Shown in pieces: positions 43,671 through 54,273 of a stretch of DNA of 64,000 nt. Numbering within the stretch: the stretch's first letter is position 1; every line of letters begins with the position of its first letter. Position numbers and translations under genes: made by a program. The stretch is from an uncultured Nitrososphaerales archaeon (lineage in GTDB: Archaea; Thermoproteota; Nitrososphaeria; Nitrososphaerales; Nitrososphaeraceae). The stretch spans positions 160,001 through 224,000 of the forward strand of contig CAVQMO010000001.1 of the NCBI GenBank assembly GCA_963713605.1, in the 5' to 3' direction. A model generated the notes under the pieces. It was given only the letters and a program-made list of their open reading frames with translations, searched no databases and was not told the origin of the DNA.

Positions 43671-44186
43671 CTACTAGCTTTACCACACGCTATCCAAATA
43701 ATTTGCGCACAGAGGTGTCCTTATCTCCAGAGGAATGGTAAGGCGTGTCCTTTTCTATCGCTGACTGACCTTACTCTTGACATAGTCTATGCTTTTTGTA
43801 AGTTGTCTTTCAACTAAAAAATTTCTGGAAATTTTTCGTAGAATTGTATTCATGTTCCGATACAGTGCTCAAACTAGCAATTATATCTTCAGGAAAAATT
43901 GCAGAATTTCTAGAATGAACTTTGGATATTCCTCCCACATACATTTCATGGATTTTCACCATTCGAATTACATACAGCAATGATCGGATAATGCTATGTG
44001 TATCTACCAACAGATAATTGCACATTCAATGTGCTATTTTATTTAGTTTGAAAATTAAAAATATTCATAAGATAATATGGAGATCGTCCCAGTCAGCTTC
44101 CGTCTAGAATAGACATAGGGAAACGGAAATCTCCAGCGAACCCACGCTTTAATGTCCTCCACCTGGCTTATCAGGGTCCACTCACT

Positions 44187-44207
44187 ATCATCATCATCAT
44201 CATCATC
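44187..44207. repeat. (ATC)7 microsatellite
   Basis: Direct reading of the sequence. Confidence 0.8.
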
Positions 44208-44341
44208 GCTTCAAAGGCTCACAGCATCTTTGCGGAATGCAGTGGTAATAGACTAGCAACAAACATAGCATGATGATATTCTAGACTAGTTTAGACTGGC
44301 TCTTTACAAGTTCAAGCCTCCAAAGAATCTCTGACTAAAAT

Positions 44342-45994
44342 ATGAAACTTGAACTCGCCTTATTACTTTGTACAATCAATACAACCACCAGGAGTTACAA
44401 ATTCCAGATATTTTATATTCTTCTTCAATCAAATCTTATGGATGCAATATTGTTGTTTCATCTATTTAGGATGCAGAAGTTAAGGAGAACACACTCTAAT
44501 CACTCTGGCATTATTCTTATGCTTGTTGCTGCGTTCTTGATTGTATCGTCTAGCACGTATCCAACCATTATGTCTGGAAATCAGAATAGAGAAATGAGTA
44601 TCATGGCAGTAGCACTTGCGCAAGTACTAGATCAAAAAGATAGAGTAGCAAATACTAGAAATGATCATTCTAATATTCTTTCTTCACAATCACCTACACC
44701 AACAACTACTGCAAGATTGAGCGACAGATTTGGTTCGCTTGATCCAGCAATAACAGCATGGGGTAATAATGTATATGCGGCATGGCAGCAGAGCACTGAC
44801 ATAGTATATCAAAGAAGTACAAATGGAGGCTCTGAATTTGGCGGAGAAATTAATCTAAGTAATAATGCTGGTTTTTCACAGAATCCATCTATAGCTGCGT
44901 CAGGAAATAATGTCTACGTAGTGTGGGCTGACAGTACACCTGGAAACAATGAGATCCTGTACAGAAGATCTACAAGCGGTGGAGCTATGTTCAGTAGTAC
45001 AGTTAATTTGAGCAATAATTTAGGAAATTCAGTTACCCCATCTATAGCTGCGTCAGGAAATAATGTCTACGTAGTGTGGGCTGACAGTACACCTGGAAAC
45101 AATGAGATCCTGTACAGAAGATCTACAAGCGGTGGAGCTATGTTCAGTGGTACAGTTAATTTGAGCAATAATTTAGGAAATTCAGTTACCCCATCTATAG
45201 CTGCGTCAGGAAATAATGTCTACGTAGTGTGGGCTGACAGTACACCTGGAAACAATGAGATCCTGTACAGAAGATCTACAAGCGGTGGAGCTATGTTCAT
45301 TAATACAGTTAATTTGAGCAATAATTCAGGAAGTTCATTTAGGCCATCTATAGCCGCATCCGGAAATAATAACGTACATGTTGTTTGGTTCGATAGAACA
45401 ACAGGAAACTATGATATCTTATACAGAAGATCTACAAGCGGTGGAGCTATGTTCATTAATACAGTTAATTTGAGCAATAATTCAGGAAGTTCATTTAGAC
45501 CCTCTATAGCTGCATCAGGAAATAATGTATATGTTGTATGGCAGGATTTGACACCTGCAAATAATGAAATATTCTATAGAAGAAGTGTAAATGGTGGAGC
45601 TAATTTCGGTGGTACAACTAACCTAAGCAGCAATGCGGGAAATTCAATTAATCCATATATTTCTGCATCAGGAAACAATGTATATATAACATGGACTGAT
45701 TCAACACCTGGAAATAATGAGATCCTGTACAGAAGATCACTGAATGTTGGAGCTAGCTTTAGCAGTACAATTAGTCTTAGCAATAGCGGGGGAATTTCAC
45801 AATTTCCAGCCATATCTACATCGAGCAATGAAAATGTAATGTGGGATGCTGGTAGTGACATATCTGGATTCAGTGGAATTTTTTCTAGTTTTACTGACGA
45901 GGACGGGGCTAACTTTAGCGGTCCCATCTACCTAGGCGTCAATACATTGGGTAGAGCTGGAGGTGTAATTGCAGGGATAACATCATCATACTAG
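44342..45994 (+). CDS. Secreted Asp-box/BNR beta-propeller (sialidase-like repeat) protein
   Basis: ~51-aa repeats PSIAASGNNVYVVW...EILYRRSTSGG..F; hydrophobic leader; true start probably ~44471. Confidence 0.88.
   Translation: MKLELALLLCTINTTTRSYKFQIFYILLQSNLMDAILLFHLFRMQKLRRTHSNHSGIILMLVAAFLIVSSSTYPTIMSGNQNREMSIMAVALAQVLDQKDRVANTRNDHSNILSSQSPTPTTTARLSDRFGSLDPAITAWGNNVYAAWQQSTDIVYQRSTNGGSEFGGEINLSNNAGFSQNPSIAASGNNVYVVWADSTPGNNEILYRRSTSGGAMFSSTVNLSNNLGNSVTPSIAASGNNVYVVWADSTPGNNEILYRRSTSGGAMFSGTVNLSNNLGNSVTPSIAASGNNVYVVWADSTPGNNEILYRRSTSGGAMFINTVNLSNNSGSSFRPSIAASGNNNVHVVWFDRTTGNYDILYRRSTSGGAMFINTVNLSNNSGSSFRPSIAASGNNVYVVWQDLTPANNEIFYRRSVNGGANFGGTTNLSSNAGNSINPYISASGNNVYITWTDSTPGNNEILYRRSLNVGASFSSTISLSNSGGISQFPAISTSSNENVMWDAGSDISGFSGIFSSFTDEDGANFSGPIYLGVNTLGRAGGVIAGITSSY
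44885..45790 (+). repeat. 153-bp tandem repeats encoding propeller blades
   Basis: Near-identical units at 44885, 45038 and 45191, then more diverged ones. Confidence 0.9.
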
Positions 45995-46469
45995 TGTCTA
46001 ATGATTGAAATATTAGCGGGGGAATCGGAGAACACTTGCCTGTATAAATGACTGTTTTTATGCCGTTTTCTGACAACATCTACAAGAAGGTGAATACTCA
46101 CGAACTTTTGTTGGTTTTTTTTATCAATCTCCCATCTCTGGGTACTATAAGCCTTTGACCCTTTATTACATCGTCTTGATAATCCACATGTTGGATACTA
46201 CAAAACAGGGCAATAAACTTGGTAAAATTTGGTATAGTAGATTGAACTTATGCATAGAGCTTGCATTTTCTTCCATATAGTATTAGTATAAGCACTTCAT
46301 CTGAACGAATTAACCAAAGAAATGAGTTTCAGCGTGGTTAGTTGTGGGGAGAAAATGAAACTTGATTGATGAGAAAAAGGGCAGACTGAAAATAAGACTA
46401 CACTGGATAGAAAATTAAGGCATTGGCGCAAGCCGACTAAAGCTCTTGAGATAACCAGCGCAGATGCAA

Positions 46470-46604
46470 AGACAAGGATCGACAAGATGCTAACTGAAGG
46501 CGAACAAGTACTGAATTAATGCAGACCAGGGCAGAATGATGCCAGGCGGTAGCATAGCCACACCAAACTCTATCTATGTGACAAACAAACGTATTAGTAG
46601 CTAA
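46470..46604 (+). pseudogene. PH-domain protein N-terminal fragment
   Basis: RIDKMLTEGEQVL / QGRMMPGGSIATPNSIYVTNKRI. Confidence 0.5.
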
Positions 46605-46995
46605 GTAAAGATATGATTAATGTTAAACAATGACTCTATGCTTACTCCTGTTCTACGTGGCAATGTAATACTGATCCTGATAATACATCGCTTCCTTCAG
46701 GATAAGGGATTTCTGAGTTAGGTTGAGTGTCTTAAAATGTAAAGATTTGATGGCTTTGTATGCATTTTTCGGATAAATGACTTATCCGCTTCCAGAAGAA
46801 TAGGGTCATACGATAGTCTATGGAAAAAATCCATTGCCGATAGCTTAGCCTTTGTCTGTTCGGTCTTGGACTTGCACCTGCATTAAACACAATACATATG
46901 CAATAAGACTTAGCAGGTAGCTGGCTAATTACAAATTTCCTAACCGCTTTCGTAAAACTGACCTGAAAATTTCATCTTTCATAACATCTAATGGT

Positions 46996-47226
46996 CTAGT
47001 CTTGGAAGTCTGTCGTCTGGGTCTGTTTAATCAAGTAGTTTGGAATTGGGTTAGGAAAATAGACTCCCTGGCGTCTACCAGCTATGTAATCAATGAACGA
47101 AACAATATTTCCTATGCCGTTATGCAAATTTTCGATATGGCGCTTCACACTGTACTTACGAGATGAGTACATTCCACACATGGTACAAGCCCACCTAGGT
47201 TTACCGCTCAATGTGTAAACACCCAT
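46996..47226 (-). CDS. C2H2 zinc-finger protein, probably truncated
   Basis: WACTMCGMYSSRKYSVKRHIENLH. Confidence 0.65.
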   Translation of the reverse strand: MGVYTLSGKPRWACTMCGMYSSRKYSVKRHIENLHNGIGNIVSFIDYIAGRRQGVYFPNPIPNYLIKQTQTTDFQD

Positions 47227-47742
47227 GTAAACAAATTGACGCAGTGCTTCACCGTGAAACTCATAGATTAATGTCAAAGACATATAGGACAATCTTCTAT
47301 AAAAGTGTGTATCTGTTAAAAAAGATTGCAATGTGATAGATTGCCATATCGAAGCTACGTGGGCCGATACCAAGTCCAGTATCCAATAGAATATTCGTCG
47401 GTACTGGTGGTGTCCATAATTCCTGAATAAAATAAAAACAGGAACTGAATTGAAATAATTAGCTCATCGAGATTACTTGATCGGTGTACGGAAATGATCT
47501 TCATTCTTAAGCCCTACCATCTCGAAGAGTCTCTAAATTATCGGCCTAGTGCCAGCCTATGACGAGAGCGATTTTGCGAGCTTTCAGTAACTGAATGCAT
47601 GTCTTGATGCTGAAGGAAGTCAGATTCCATTAATCTCTAACGTCCAGTTCCTCTTGCCAAGATCAATAGAGGGTCATACTGTTGCCCACATAGAAAATAG
47701 TAGATCCGTCAACACCCGTTATATGGTAATTAAAATTATCTT

Positions 47743-48030
47743 CTATGTTTTCATGCACGTCAATAATACTTTTGAAATATTACTTCCTAGAAAGGCTGAA
47801 AGCCATATTAGCACTTTTATCTTGCCCTCTTTAGTCGAATCCTTAAGATTTATTTCGCTTTGCTCGGCCAGGATGTAATCGCAGATATAGTTACAATTCT
47901 CTGGGTTTATTGCAAACATCCTCTCCAAGGCCTTGCGGAAGTAGGGTTTAGAGCAACTGTGTGTGATGGCATGTACTTTCATCTTGAGTTCATATAAGTC
48001 AGTTCCTTTGTTATCAGCTATGGTTTGCAT
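47743..48030 (-). pseudogene. Tyrosine integrase N-terminal fragment adjacent to tRNA-Ser
   Basis: SKPYFRKALERMFAINPENCNYICDYILAEQSEINLKDSTKEGKIK; begins ~70 bp 3' of the tRNA; no catalytic domain. Confidence 0.65.
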
Positions 48031-48098
48031 AAATCCCGATCAAAGCTACCGTTGCGCTGATAGCTGAAAAAGCATTCTGTTGGAATACCCAAGTAAGG

Positions 48099-48182
48099 CG
48101 CGGGGAGTGGGATTCGAACCCACGAGTTCTTGCGAACATGGGATTAGCAATCCCACGCCCTACCAGGCTAGGCGACCCCCGC
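48099..48182 (-). tRNA. tRNA-Ser(GCT)
   Basis: GCGGGGGTCGCCTAGCCTGGTAGGGCGTGGGATTGCTAATCCCATGTTCGCAAGAACTCGTGGGTTCGAATCCCACTCCCCGCG; long variable arm. Confidence 0.95.
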
Positions 48183-48407
48183 CTGACCTGGAGATTTATG
48201 GGAAGGCAATATATTGATATTGATTATGCTCTGCTTCAGGGACATAAAAATAGCTCGGGCGATTGGAAGTCGTGTACTTACTACCACCGTATTAAAAAGG
48301 TTATTAAACGGAGATCCTTGGTTATACTAGCTTTGAATATTAAGGAGTCAAATGAAATCTTTAGACTTGCAATAATAAGGAATTATTTTGAACCAGAATT
48401 GATAAAA

Positions 48408-48773
48408 ATGGATTATCGAAGGTCACTTATAAAACATCCTTTGAGCAAAGAGGGCGGCTTAAATGTTGAAGATGTATTGCACTTGTATTTCGATATATTT
48501 ACAGGTAATGATTATCCTGATGGTGATGAATGGTTTACCATCGAATACATTATACCACAGAGTATCAAGCTTCCAGACCATCTAAAAGGTCCAGATTATT
48601 TTACGACTCTTTCAGTTCCTGAAGGTCAGCATCTTTGGCGGCACCGGGAGCTTGTCAGATTCAAATATGGAAAATCAAAAAAATTATCAGAATCGCTTAA
48701 CTTTATTGATCGAAAGTATCGCGATCTCCTCAAATCCTTACATGAATCATCGGTAATTGGCCAAATAGGTTAA
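48408..48773 (+). CDS. Hypothetical protein
   Basis: Start reassigned to ATG 48408 because the longer ORF overlaps the tRNA antisense. Confidence 0.7.
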   Translation: MDYRRSLIKHPLSKEGGLNVEDVLHLYFDIFTGNDYPDGDEWFTIEYIIPQSIKLPDHLKGPDYFTTLSVPEGQHLWRHRELVRFKYGKSKKLSESLNFIDRKYRDLLKSLHESSVIGQIG

Positions 48774-48815
48774 CAAATTATAATAATAAAAATATTCGTT
48801 AAAATATTAGAAGAA

Positions 48816-49364
48816 TTAGGCAATAAGTTTCCAATTGTCGTTTAAGTATTTGTAAATATTCTTGTCTGTTTTCACAAAATCGGGAATCCACCTCGAGCGT
48901 GTAGATTCGAAACGATACGTCATTTCAATTGCCTCTGCAGGCATCTTTGATATTTGAGATTCGATTATTTCAACTAATACTTCAACCCTATCGATGGCTC
49001 TTTCAACGTTTTTGTACTCTGTTTCTAAAGTTTGCAAGATGAGCCTAGTGGTAGTACTGCGCACTCCAGAGACTCCGGGGAAGCTAAATACAATTTGCAT
49101 TTGACTCTTGCCTCTTCTTTTTTTTATGTCTGCAATAACATTCCTTAACTTGTGCCATCTGTCAGTACCAAATAGAGTAAAAAAATCGTCACCGTAGACA
49201 ACAGGGAAGTGAATTTCTATTATCGTTTGGATTTTTTGGTTGTCATTTGTAGCTATTCTTTCTTCTTCGACCGATCCAAATATGCTTGAAATGGTATGAT
49301 ATATGATTTCGGTCTCGGGTATGGAGGTCCCAGAAAATCTAAAATAAGTTGTTGCCGCTGTCAT
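48816..49364 (-). CDS. Hypothetical protein
   Basis: 182-aa ATG ORF. Confidence 0.7.
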   Translation of the reverse strand: MTAATTYFRFSGTSIPETEIIYHTISSIFGSVEEERIATNDNQKIQTIIEIHFPVVYGDDFFTLFGTDRWHKLRNVIADIKKRRGKSQMQIVFSFPGVSGVRSTTTRLILQTLETEYKNVERAIDRVEVLVEIIESQISKMPAEAIEMTYRFESTRSRWIPDFVKTDKNIYKYLNDNWKLIA

Positions 49365-49484
49365 GACATTCAGTAATACTCATCCTAAAAAAAGATCTTG
49401 ACGGAAGCGGTTCCCGTTTATATCCTAGATCTAGGCGTGAATCGGCACTAATTAAATGGTATAAGGGACGACGTATTCGAAATC

Positions 49485-49754
49485 CTAATTGGTGTCCCCA
49501 ATTACTCTCTTAATCTCCTTTGATGGACCATTCAGAGGTTTGGCCGACTCTTCTTTATAAGGACGTTTCATTCGGGATCCCTTTGTATATTTGTAGGATC
49601 TAATCTCGTATAACTTTCCATTCCTATTGCTTACTCTTAATTTTATACAGTCTGATTTACTTGCCAATTTATGGCACAACGAACAATATACTAGTCTATG
49701 TGTTTTATTTTTCGATTCAATTATGTGACCATAAGGATCTCTAAACCAAGTCAT
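49485..49754 (-). CDS. Small basic protein with CxxC
   Basis: VYCSLCHK...DC. Confidence 0.5.
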   Translation of the reverse strand: MTWFRDPYGHIIESKNKTHRLVYCSLCHKLASKSDCIKLRVSNRNGKLYEIRSYKYTKGSRMKRPYKEESAKPLNGPSKEIKRVIGDTN

Positions 49755-49914
49755 CTGTCCTTCTATCCCCTCACTAAAATGAGACTCCTGATTTAAAAAT
49801 CATCCTGATAGGAGTTCAAGATCAATTCGTGAGATTCATGGTCACTCTCGGAGAATTATGCCAGATTGAGGAGCATTTAATAATGCAGGCACATCTGTAA
49901 ATTGTGACGACCTG

Positions 49915-50907
49915 ATGCAGCTGCAAACTATCGATTCACTGGATAAACAACTGCTGAATGAAATCCAGTGGCAGTTTCCTTTAGTGGATAGACCTTTTTT
50001 AGAAATCTCTAAGCGGTACAATGTGTCTGAGGATGAGGTCCTAGAGAGGATTAGAATACTAAAAAGCATTGGCCTGATAAGGCAGATTAATGCAATCTTT
50101 GATACCAGACGATTAGGTTATAAGAGCACCCTAGTCGCTTTTTCTGTTTTACAAGACAAGCTTGAACAAGTTGCTAATGAGGTAAACAGCCATCCCGGAG
50201 TCAGCCATAATTACGAAAGGAACCATGAATACAACATGTGGTTCACTTTAGCAGTTCCTCCATTCGGTGATATGAAGCGAGATTTAGAACACATGGCTTC
50301 GCTAGACGGTGTCATGAAGTACAGAGTATTACCTACACTCAAACTCTACAAGATTGGTGTAAAGTTGGATGTGCTGAACCAGGATCCTTCTAATCCAAAA
50401 CCTACTGAAGAATTGAAAACCGTAAGTCAAGCAAAATTTACAGCCACTGAATTGGACAAAAAATTTATTCGTGTGTTACAAGAAGACATCGAAACCACTT
50501 CGGAGCCATTCAAGAAGTCTGCCAGAGTTCTTGGAATAACAACAGGTGAGCTCTTTGCAAAAGCAAAGGAATACGAGGAAATAGGTGTTATGCGAAGATT
50601 TGCTGCCATTCTGCGTCATAGAGATGCAGGTTTTTCTGCAAATGGTATGGTAGTATGGAGAGTACCTGACGACAAAATCGATGAAGTGGGACATAAGTTA
50701 GCAGCGTTTCCCCAAGTTAGCCATTGTTATCGTAGACCAGTATTTTCTGACTGGCCGTTTAACCTCTTTAGTATGGTACATGCTAGAACGCTTAAGGCTG
50801 CTGAAAAGATAGCCGAAACCATGTCTTCAGTAGTGAAAATTCAAGACTATTCTATTCTTTTCAGCACCCGTGAATTCAAGAAGCAGAGGGTAAAGTATTT
50901 TGAGTGA
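49915..50907 (+). CDS. ahbAB: Fused siroheme decarboxylase AhbA/AhbB (NirDL-like, Lrp/AsnC fold)
   Basis: Two AsnC-like halves: FPLVDRPF...GVSHNYERNH and VSHCYRRP...NLFSMVH. Confidence 0.85.
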   Translation: MQLQTIDSLDKQLLNEIQWQFPLVDRPFLEISKRYNVSEDEVLERIRILKSIGLIRQINAIFDTRRLGYKSTLVAFSVLQDKLEQVANEVNSHPGVSHNYERNHEYNMWFTLAVPPFGDMKRDLEHMASLDGVMKYRVLPTLKLYKIGVKLDVLNQDPSNPKPTEELKTVSQAKFTATELDKKFIRVLQEDIETTSEPFKKSARVLGITTGELFAKAKEYEEIGVMRRFAAILRHRDAGFSANGMVVWRVPDDKIDEVGHKLAAFPQVSHCYRRPVFSDWPFNLFSMVHARTLKAAEKIAETMSSVVKIQDYSILFSTREFKKQRVKYFE

Positions 50908-51051
50908 GTGCATTGCGATTTTTTCTTATAAATGTTGGATTTCATTTATGCACTAACAAGTAGTTGGCTTAAAGGCGGAGGCACAAACACGACTGCTAAT
51001 CTGGTTATCATTAGGACAAGATAGAATTATGACCACAAAATGCTCATTTGC

Positions 51052-52044
51052 TTATTTTCTAATTGTTGTTGTGTAAAAATCTTTGTCATACAATTGTGAG
51101 AGTGCTTCCAAGTCATTCTGCCTCAAGTACTTCCCATCAGACATGTTTGTAAATAATTCGATCTCTTCTGAATTGACTACTGTTGGCAGGACCGATGAGA
51201 TCTTGTTTTGAGACAGGATGAATTTTATAGCGAGCTCAGTAATTGTCCAACCATACGAATCAGCTACTGGCTTCATGTACTCTATTTTCTTAAGCGCTTG
51301 AACGATCCATTCTTTCTTGCGCGTACTTCGGTGATCATTCTTATCAAATACCGTATCCATGTTTACTTTTCCTGTTAGCACACCGGACGCATCAGGAACT
51401 CGAACCATAAGGCCCACGTCATTAGCTTCAGCAATCTGAAAGAAATCTTTTACAGGGTCTTGTTCCAAAAGATTGTAGACGCTTTGAAGACAAGTTACAT
51501 CCCTTTTTTCCATTGACAAAATACCTTCCTCTTTCCATCCTATGGCCGGTCCCAAGGCGACTCCATAACTTTTAATCTTACCTTCTTTGCGTGTTCTATT
51601 AAGTGTCTCAAATAGAGAATCATTCTGGATCGCATTCATCTTAGGGTTGTGTAGACTATACACATCTACGAAATCCGTTTGCAGTCTCTTGATACTTTCT
51701 TGTAACGCATAATTCAAGAAAGATGGGTCATGTTTCTGCGGGAGTTCGTTATGGCCAACTTGTTCAGCACCGTAAATATCGTAACCCCATTTGGTCGAAT
51801 AGATTACCTCATCACGATTCACTCCCCTAAAGGCTTCACCTATGAGCCTTTCACTTCTCCCTTTTCCATACACGTCAGACGTTTCAAAAAAATTGATGCC
51901 TAGATCAAATGCTCGCTTTAACATTCTAATGGCCTCTTCATCGTCAATCTTTTTTCCGCCCCACCAGTCTAGCGCTATTGTCCATGCACCGAACCCTATC
52001 TCACTTACCATAATTCCACTTTTCCCCAATCGACGATATTTCAT
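51052..52044 (-). CDS. Aldo/keto reductase
   Basis: LGKSGIMVSEIGFGAW, DVYGKGRSE, RLQTDFVDVYSLHNP. Confidence 0.9.
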   Translation of the reverse strand: MKYRRLGKSGIMVSEIGFGAWTIALDWWGGKKIDDEEAIRMLKRAFDLGINFFETSDVYGKGRSERLIGEAFRGVNRDEVIYSTKWGYDIYGAEQVGHNELPQKHDPSFLNYALQESIKRLQTDFVDVYSLHNPKMNAIQNDSLFETLNRTRKEGKIKSYGVALGPAIGWKEEGILSMEKRDVTCLQSVYNLLEQDPVKDFFQIAEANDVGLMVRVPDASGVLTGKVNMDTVFDKNDHRSTRKKEWIVQALKKIEYMKPVADSYGWTITELAIKFILSQNKISSVLPTVVNSEEIELFTNMSDGKYLRQNDLEALSQLYDKDFYTTTIRK

Positions 52045-52638
52045 CTAGATTTTAAGTACCTCCATCAATTGCGATTGCCGTTCTTGAAAGATATCGTTAC
52101 TTAGAACCGGTTTTCCTATGTTATCATGATAATTTTCTGTACTTGATGATTCAAAGTCGATCCATGATCTACAGCCTGCTTGTTGTGGACTGAGAGCGAC
52201 ATTTAAGGCCTTGTTCAATCTGTATATGCGAAGAAGTATAATACTGAGAGGTTTTTCGGGGTTGTAATCCATCCTTGCGTTTATGTAATTCTCGTTCCAT
52301 ATATGAAAGTCGCGTAAGTCATGAAGTATTTTCCTGCTGAATGTCTCAGTGATGAAGATAACTTTTGCGTAAAGGTAAATCGTATTCAGATCATCTAGAG
52401 GCTTATGCTGTAATATTGACTCAAATTTATCCACGTATTCTTCCTGTAAAAGGTCCCTTGATTGATGTTCATATGTTGGAAACATGTAGAAATCATTATG
52501 TCTCAATTCAAAACCGTGCTTACGTTCCATTATCCCGCCTTTTCTTAGCAGAATTGTTTGCCTCCCTTCTTCTAATTCCTTACATACTATTGCCCATTCC
52601 TTTAGCGCAGATATTGGCATGATCGATGCTTCACCCAA
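52045..52638 (-). CDS. DUF1802 family protein
   Basis: ALKEWA...GRQTILLRKGGI...FPTYEHQ...GCRSWI. Confidence 0.85.
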   Translation of the reverse strand: MGEASIMPISALKEWAIVCKELEEGRQTILLRKGGIMERKHGFELRHNDFYMFPTYEHQSRDLLQEEYVDKFESILQHKPLDDLNTIYLYAKVIFITETFSRKILHDLRDFHIWNENYINARMDYNPEKPLSIILLRIYRLNKALNVALSPQQAGCRSWIDFESSSTENYHDNIGKPVLSNDIFQERQSQLMEVLKI

Positions 52639-53332
52639 GCCCCATGATAATACTCTGTATATCCTTTTGTACGCATACTATCATTGGAGTATCCTTCACA
52701 ACATACAAGCTCACTCTTGTTTCACGTAATTGAAGAATCAGATCCTGAAACTTTGATAGATCATCCGTCTCAAATGCAAGAGTAAAGTCATTATCATCAA
52801 TTCCATATGAATAGGATGTATTAAGCTTAATCTCTGGAAATTTTCTGCCGATTGTAATATGTTCATCCATCATTTTTTTACGCTCTTCAAATGGCAAAAG
52901 ATACCAATCCCTAGACTTAACAAATGGATACACGACAAGATATTTCAGCGGCTTTGAATCTGTCATAAAAGACGGCGTCACCTTCTCGGAATAAACAGAT
53001 TTTCTGAAAGACGAAAGGTACAAGAAAGCAGGCTCAATGTATTTTCCTAGAATTGTACCATAGATTTTAGACGTAAGCGTCTGAAACATTTCAACCGAAT
53101 CAGATACCATCCAAAGCATGAAATCTGTTCCGCTGTGAAGTCCAAGAGTTGTATATGTATAAACTCGCAATTTGGTGTTTGCTACGCTAACTAGGGTGGC
53201 AAATTCTTTAGCTGCCTCTTCCTTTGCCACTTCATTCATCCAACGCCATTTGGCGTCAATTTTGAAAAATGAATAGTTGAGAAAGGTAGATTTAGAAGTC
53301 TTATTCTGATCCTTTTTACGTTGAACTTCCAT
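52631..53332 (-). CDS. Chlorite dismutase/coproheme decarboxylase family protein
   Basis: YPFVKSRDWYLLPFEERKKMMDEH, SYGIDD. Confidence 0.88.
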   Translation of the reverse strand: MEVQRKKDQNKTSKSTFLNYSFFKIDAKWRWMNEVAKEEAAKEFATLVSVANTKLRVYTYTTLGLHSGTDFMLWMVSDSVEMFQTLTSKIYGTILGKYIEPAFLYLSSFRKSVYSEKVTPSFMTDSKPLKYLVVYPFVKSRDWYLLPFEERKKMMDEHITIGRKFPEIKLNTSYSYGIDDNDFTLAFETDDLSKFQDLILQLRETRVSLYVVKDTPMIVCVQKDIQSIIMGLG

Positions 53333-53363
53333 TATATCCTACTCTAAATGGGTTTTGTAAGGT

Positions 53364-54140
53364 CTATTTATCTTCCAAACCTAACCAGCCATATCCTCTA
53401 GCTTCGAGCTCATCGGCAAGAGTTTTATCCCCTGACTTGATGATCTTACCTCTTGCCATCACATGTACATAATCAAGTTTCGACAGGTATCGTAATATCC
53501 TAGCATAGTGAGTTATCACAAGTACGCCAGCACCAGTATCAATTAATTGGTTGATTGCTTCCGCAACAGCTTTCACGGCATCTATATCAAGGCCGGAATC
53601 AGGCTCATCGAGAATCGCTAAGTTTGGCTTAAGGACCAACATCTGCATGACTTCTGATCTTTTTTTCTCTCCTCCAGAAAATCCTTCATTCAAATACCTG
53701 CTTAGAAATGATTTGTCTAGGCCTACTGAGTCTAGATTCTTCTTGACATATTCGTGAAATTCTCTTACTGTAAGGAATACCTCACGGTTTTTTTGGTCGT
53801 CGGCTAATGATTTGTTCAAAGTATTATAGGCATTTCTCAAAAAGTGACTATACCCAACTCCTGGGATTTCAATAGGATACTGAAAGCCAAGGAATAGACC
53901 TTTCTTCGTTCTCTCATCAGTGGGTAGCTTCATGATACTTTCCCCTTTGATCAGAGCATCTCCTCCGGTAACTGAGTATTTGGGATGCCCCAGCAAGACG
54001 TTTGCAAATGTGCTTTTGCCAGAACCATTTGGGCCCATAATTACATGAACCTCACCCTTGTCAATCTTCAAATTTAGCCCATTCAGTATTTCCTTATTAT
54101 CGATACTTGCATGAAGGTCGTTGACCTCAAGAAAGACCAT
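53364..54140 (-). CDS. sufC: Fe-S cluster assembly ATPase SufC
   Basis: MGPNGSGKST, FQYPIEIPG, NEGFSGGEKKR, LDEPDSGLDIDA, ITHYARIL. Confidence 0.93.
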   Translation of the reverse strand: MVFLEVNDLHASIDNKEILNGLNLKIDKGEVHVIMGPNGSGKSTFANVLLGHPKYSVTGGDALIKGESIMKLPTDERTKKGLFLGFQYPIEIPGVGYSHFLRNAYNTLNKSLADDQKNREVFLTVREFHEYVKKNLDSVGLDKSFLSRYLNEGFSGGEKKRSEVMQMLVLKPNLAILDEPDSGLDIDAVKAVAEAINQLIDTGAGVLVITHYARILRYLSKLDYVHVMARGKIIKSGDKTLADELEARGYGWLGLEDK

Positions 54141-54273
54141 TAAATAGTGTACTTCAAAATGCTTAATATAAGTATATATCACTAGCTGGGCATTTTAAAA
54201 GCTCATTTCAGTTTTGTTGATTCTCACTCAATACACGCCAAAGCACGTCAGAGGCATATTATTTCTGAGTAGT

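Larger units (their letters stand above)
34512..48118. mobile_element. Degenerate integrated island at tRNA-Ser(GCT), ~13.6 kb
   Basis: Flanking direct repeat, integrase remnant immediately 3' of the tRNA, second integrase remnant inside. Confidence 0.75.

Noticed and set aside
44885..45500. Regular repeats as a possible CRISPR array
   Set aside because: 153-bp in-frame coding repeats with no unique spacers, and no cas genes nearby.
48138..48407. N-terminal part of the 211-aa ORF
   Set aside because: Overlaps tRNA-Ser antisense and its promoter; ATG 48408 is the more plausible start.
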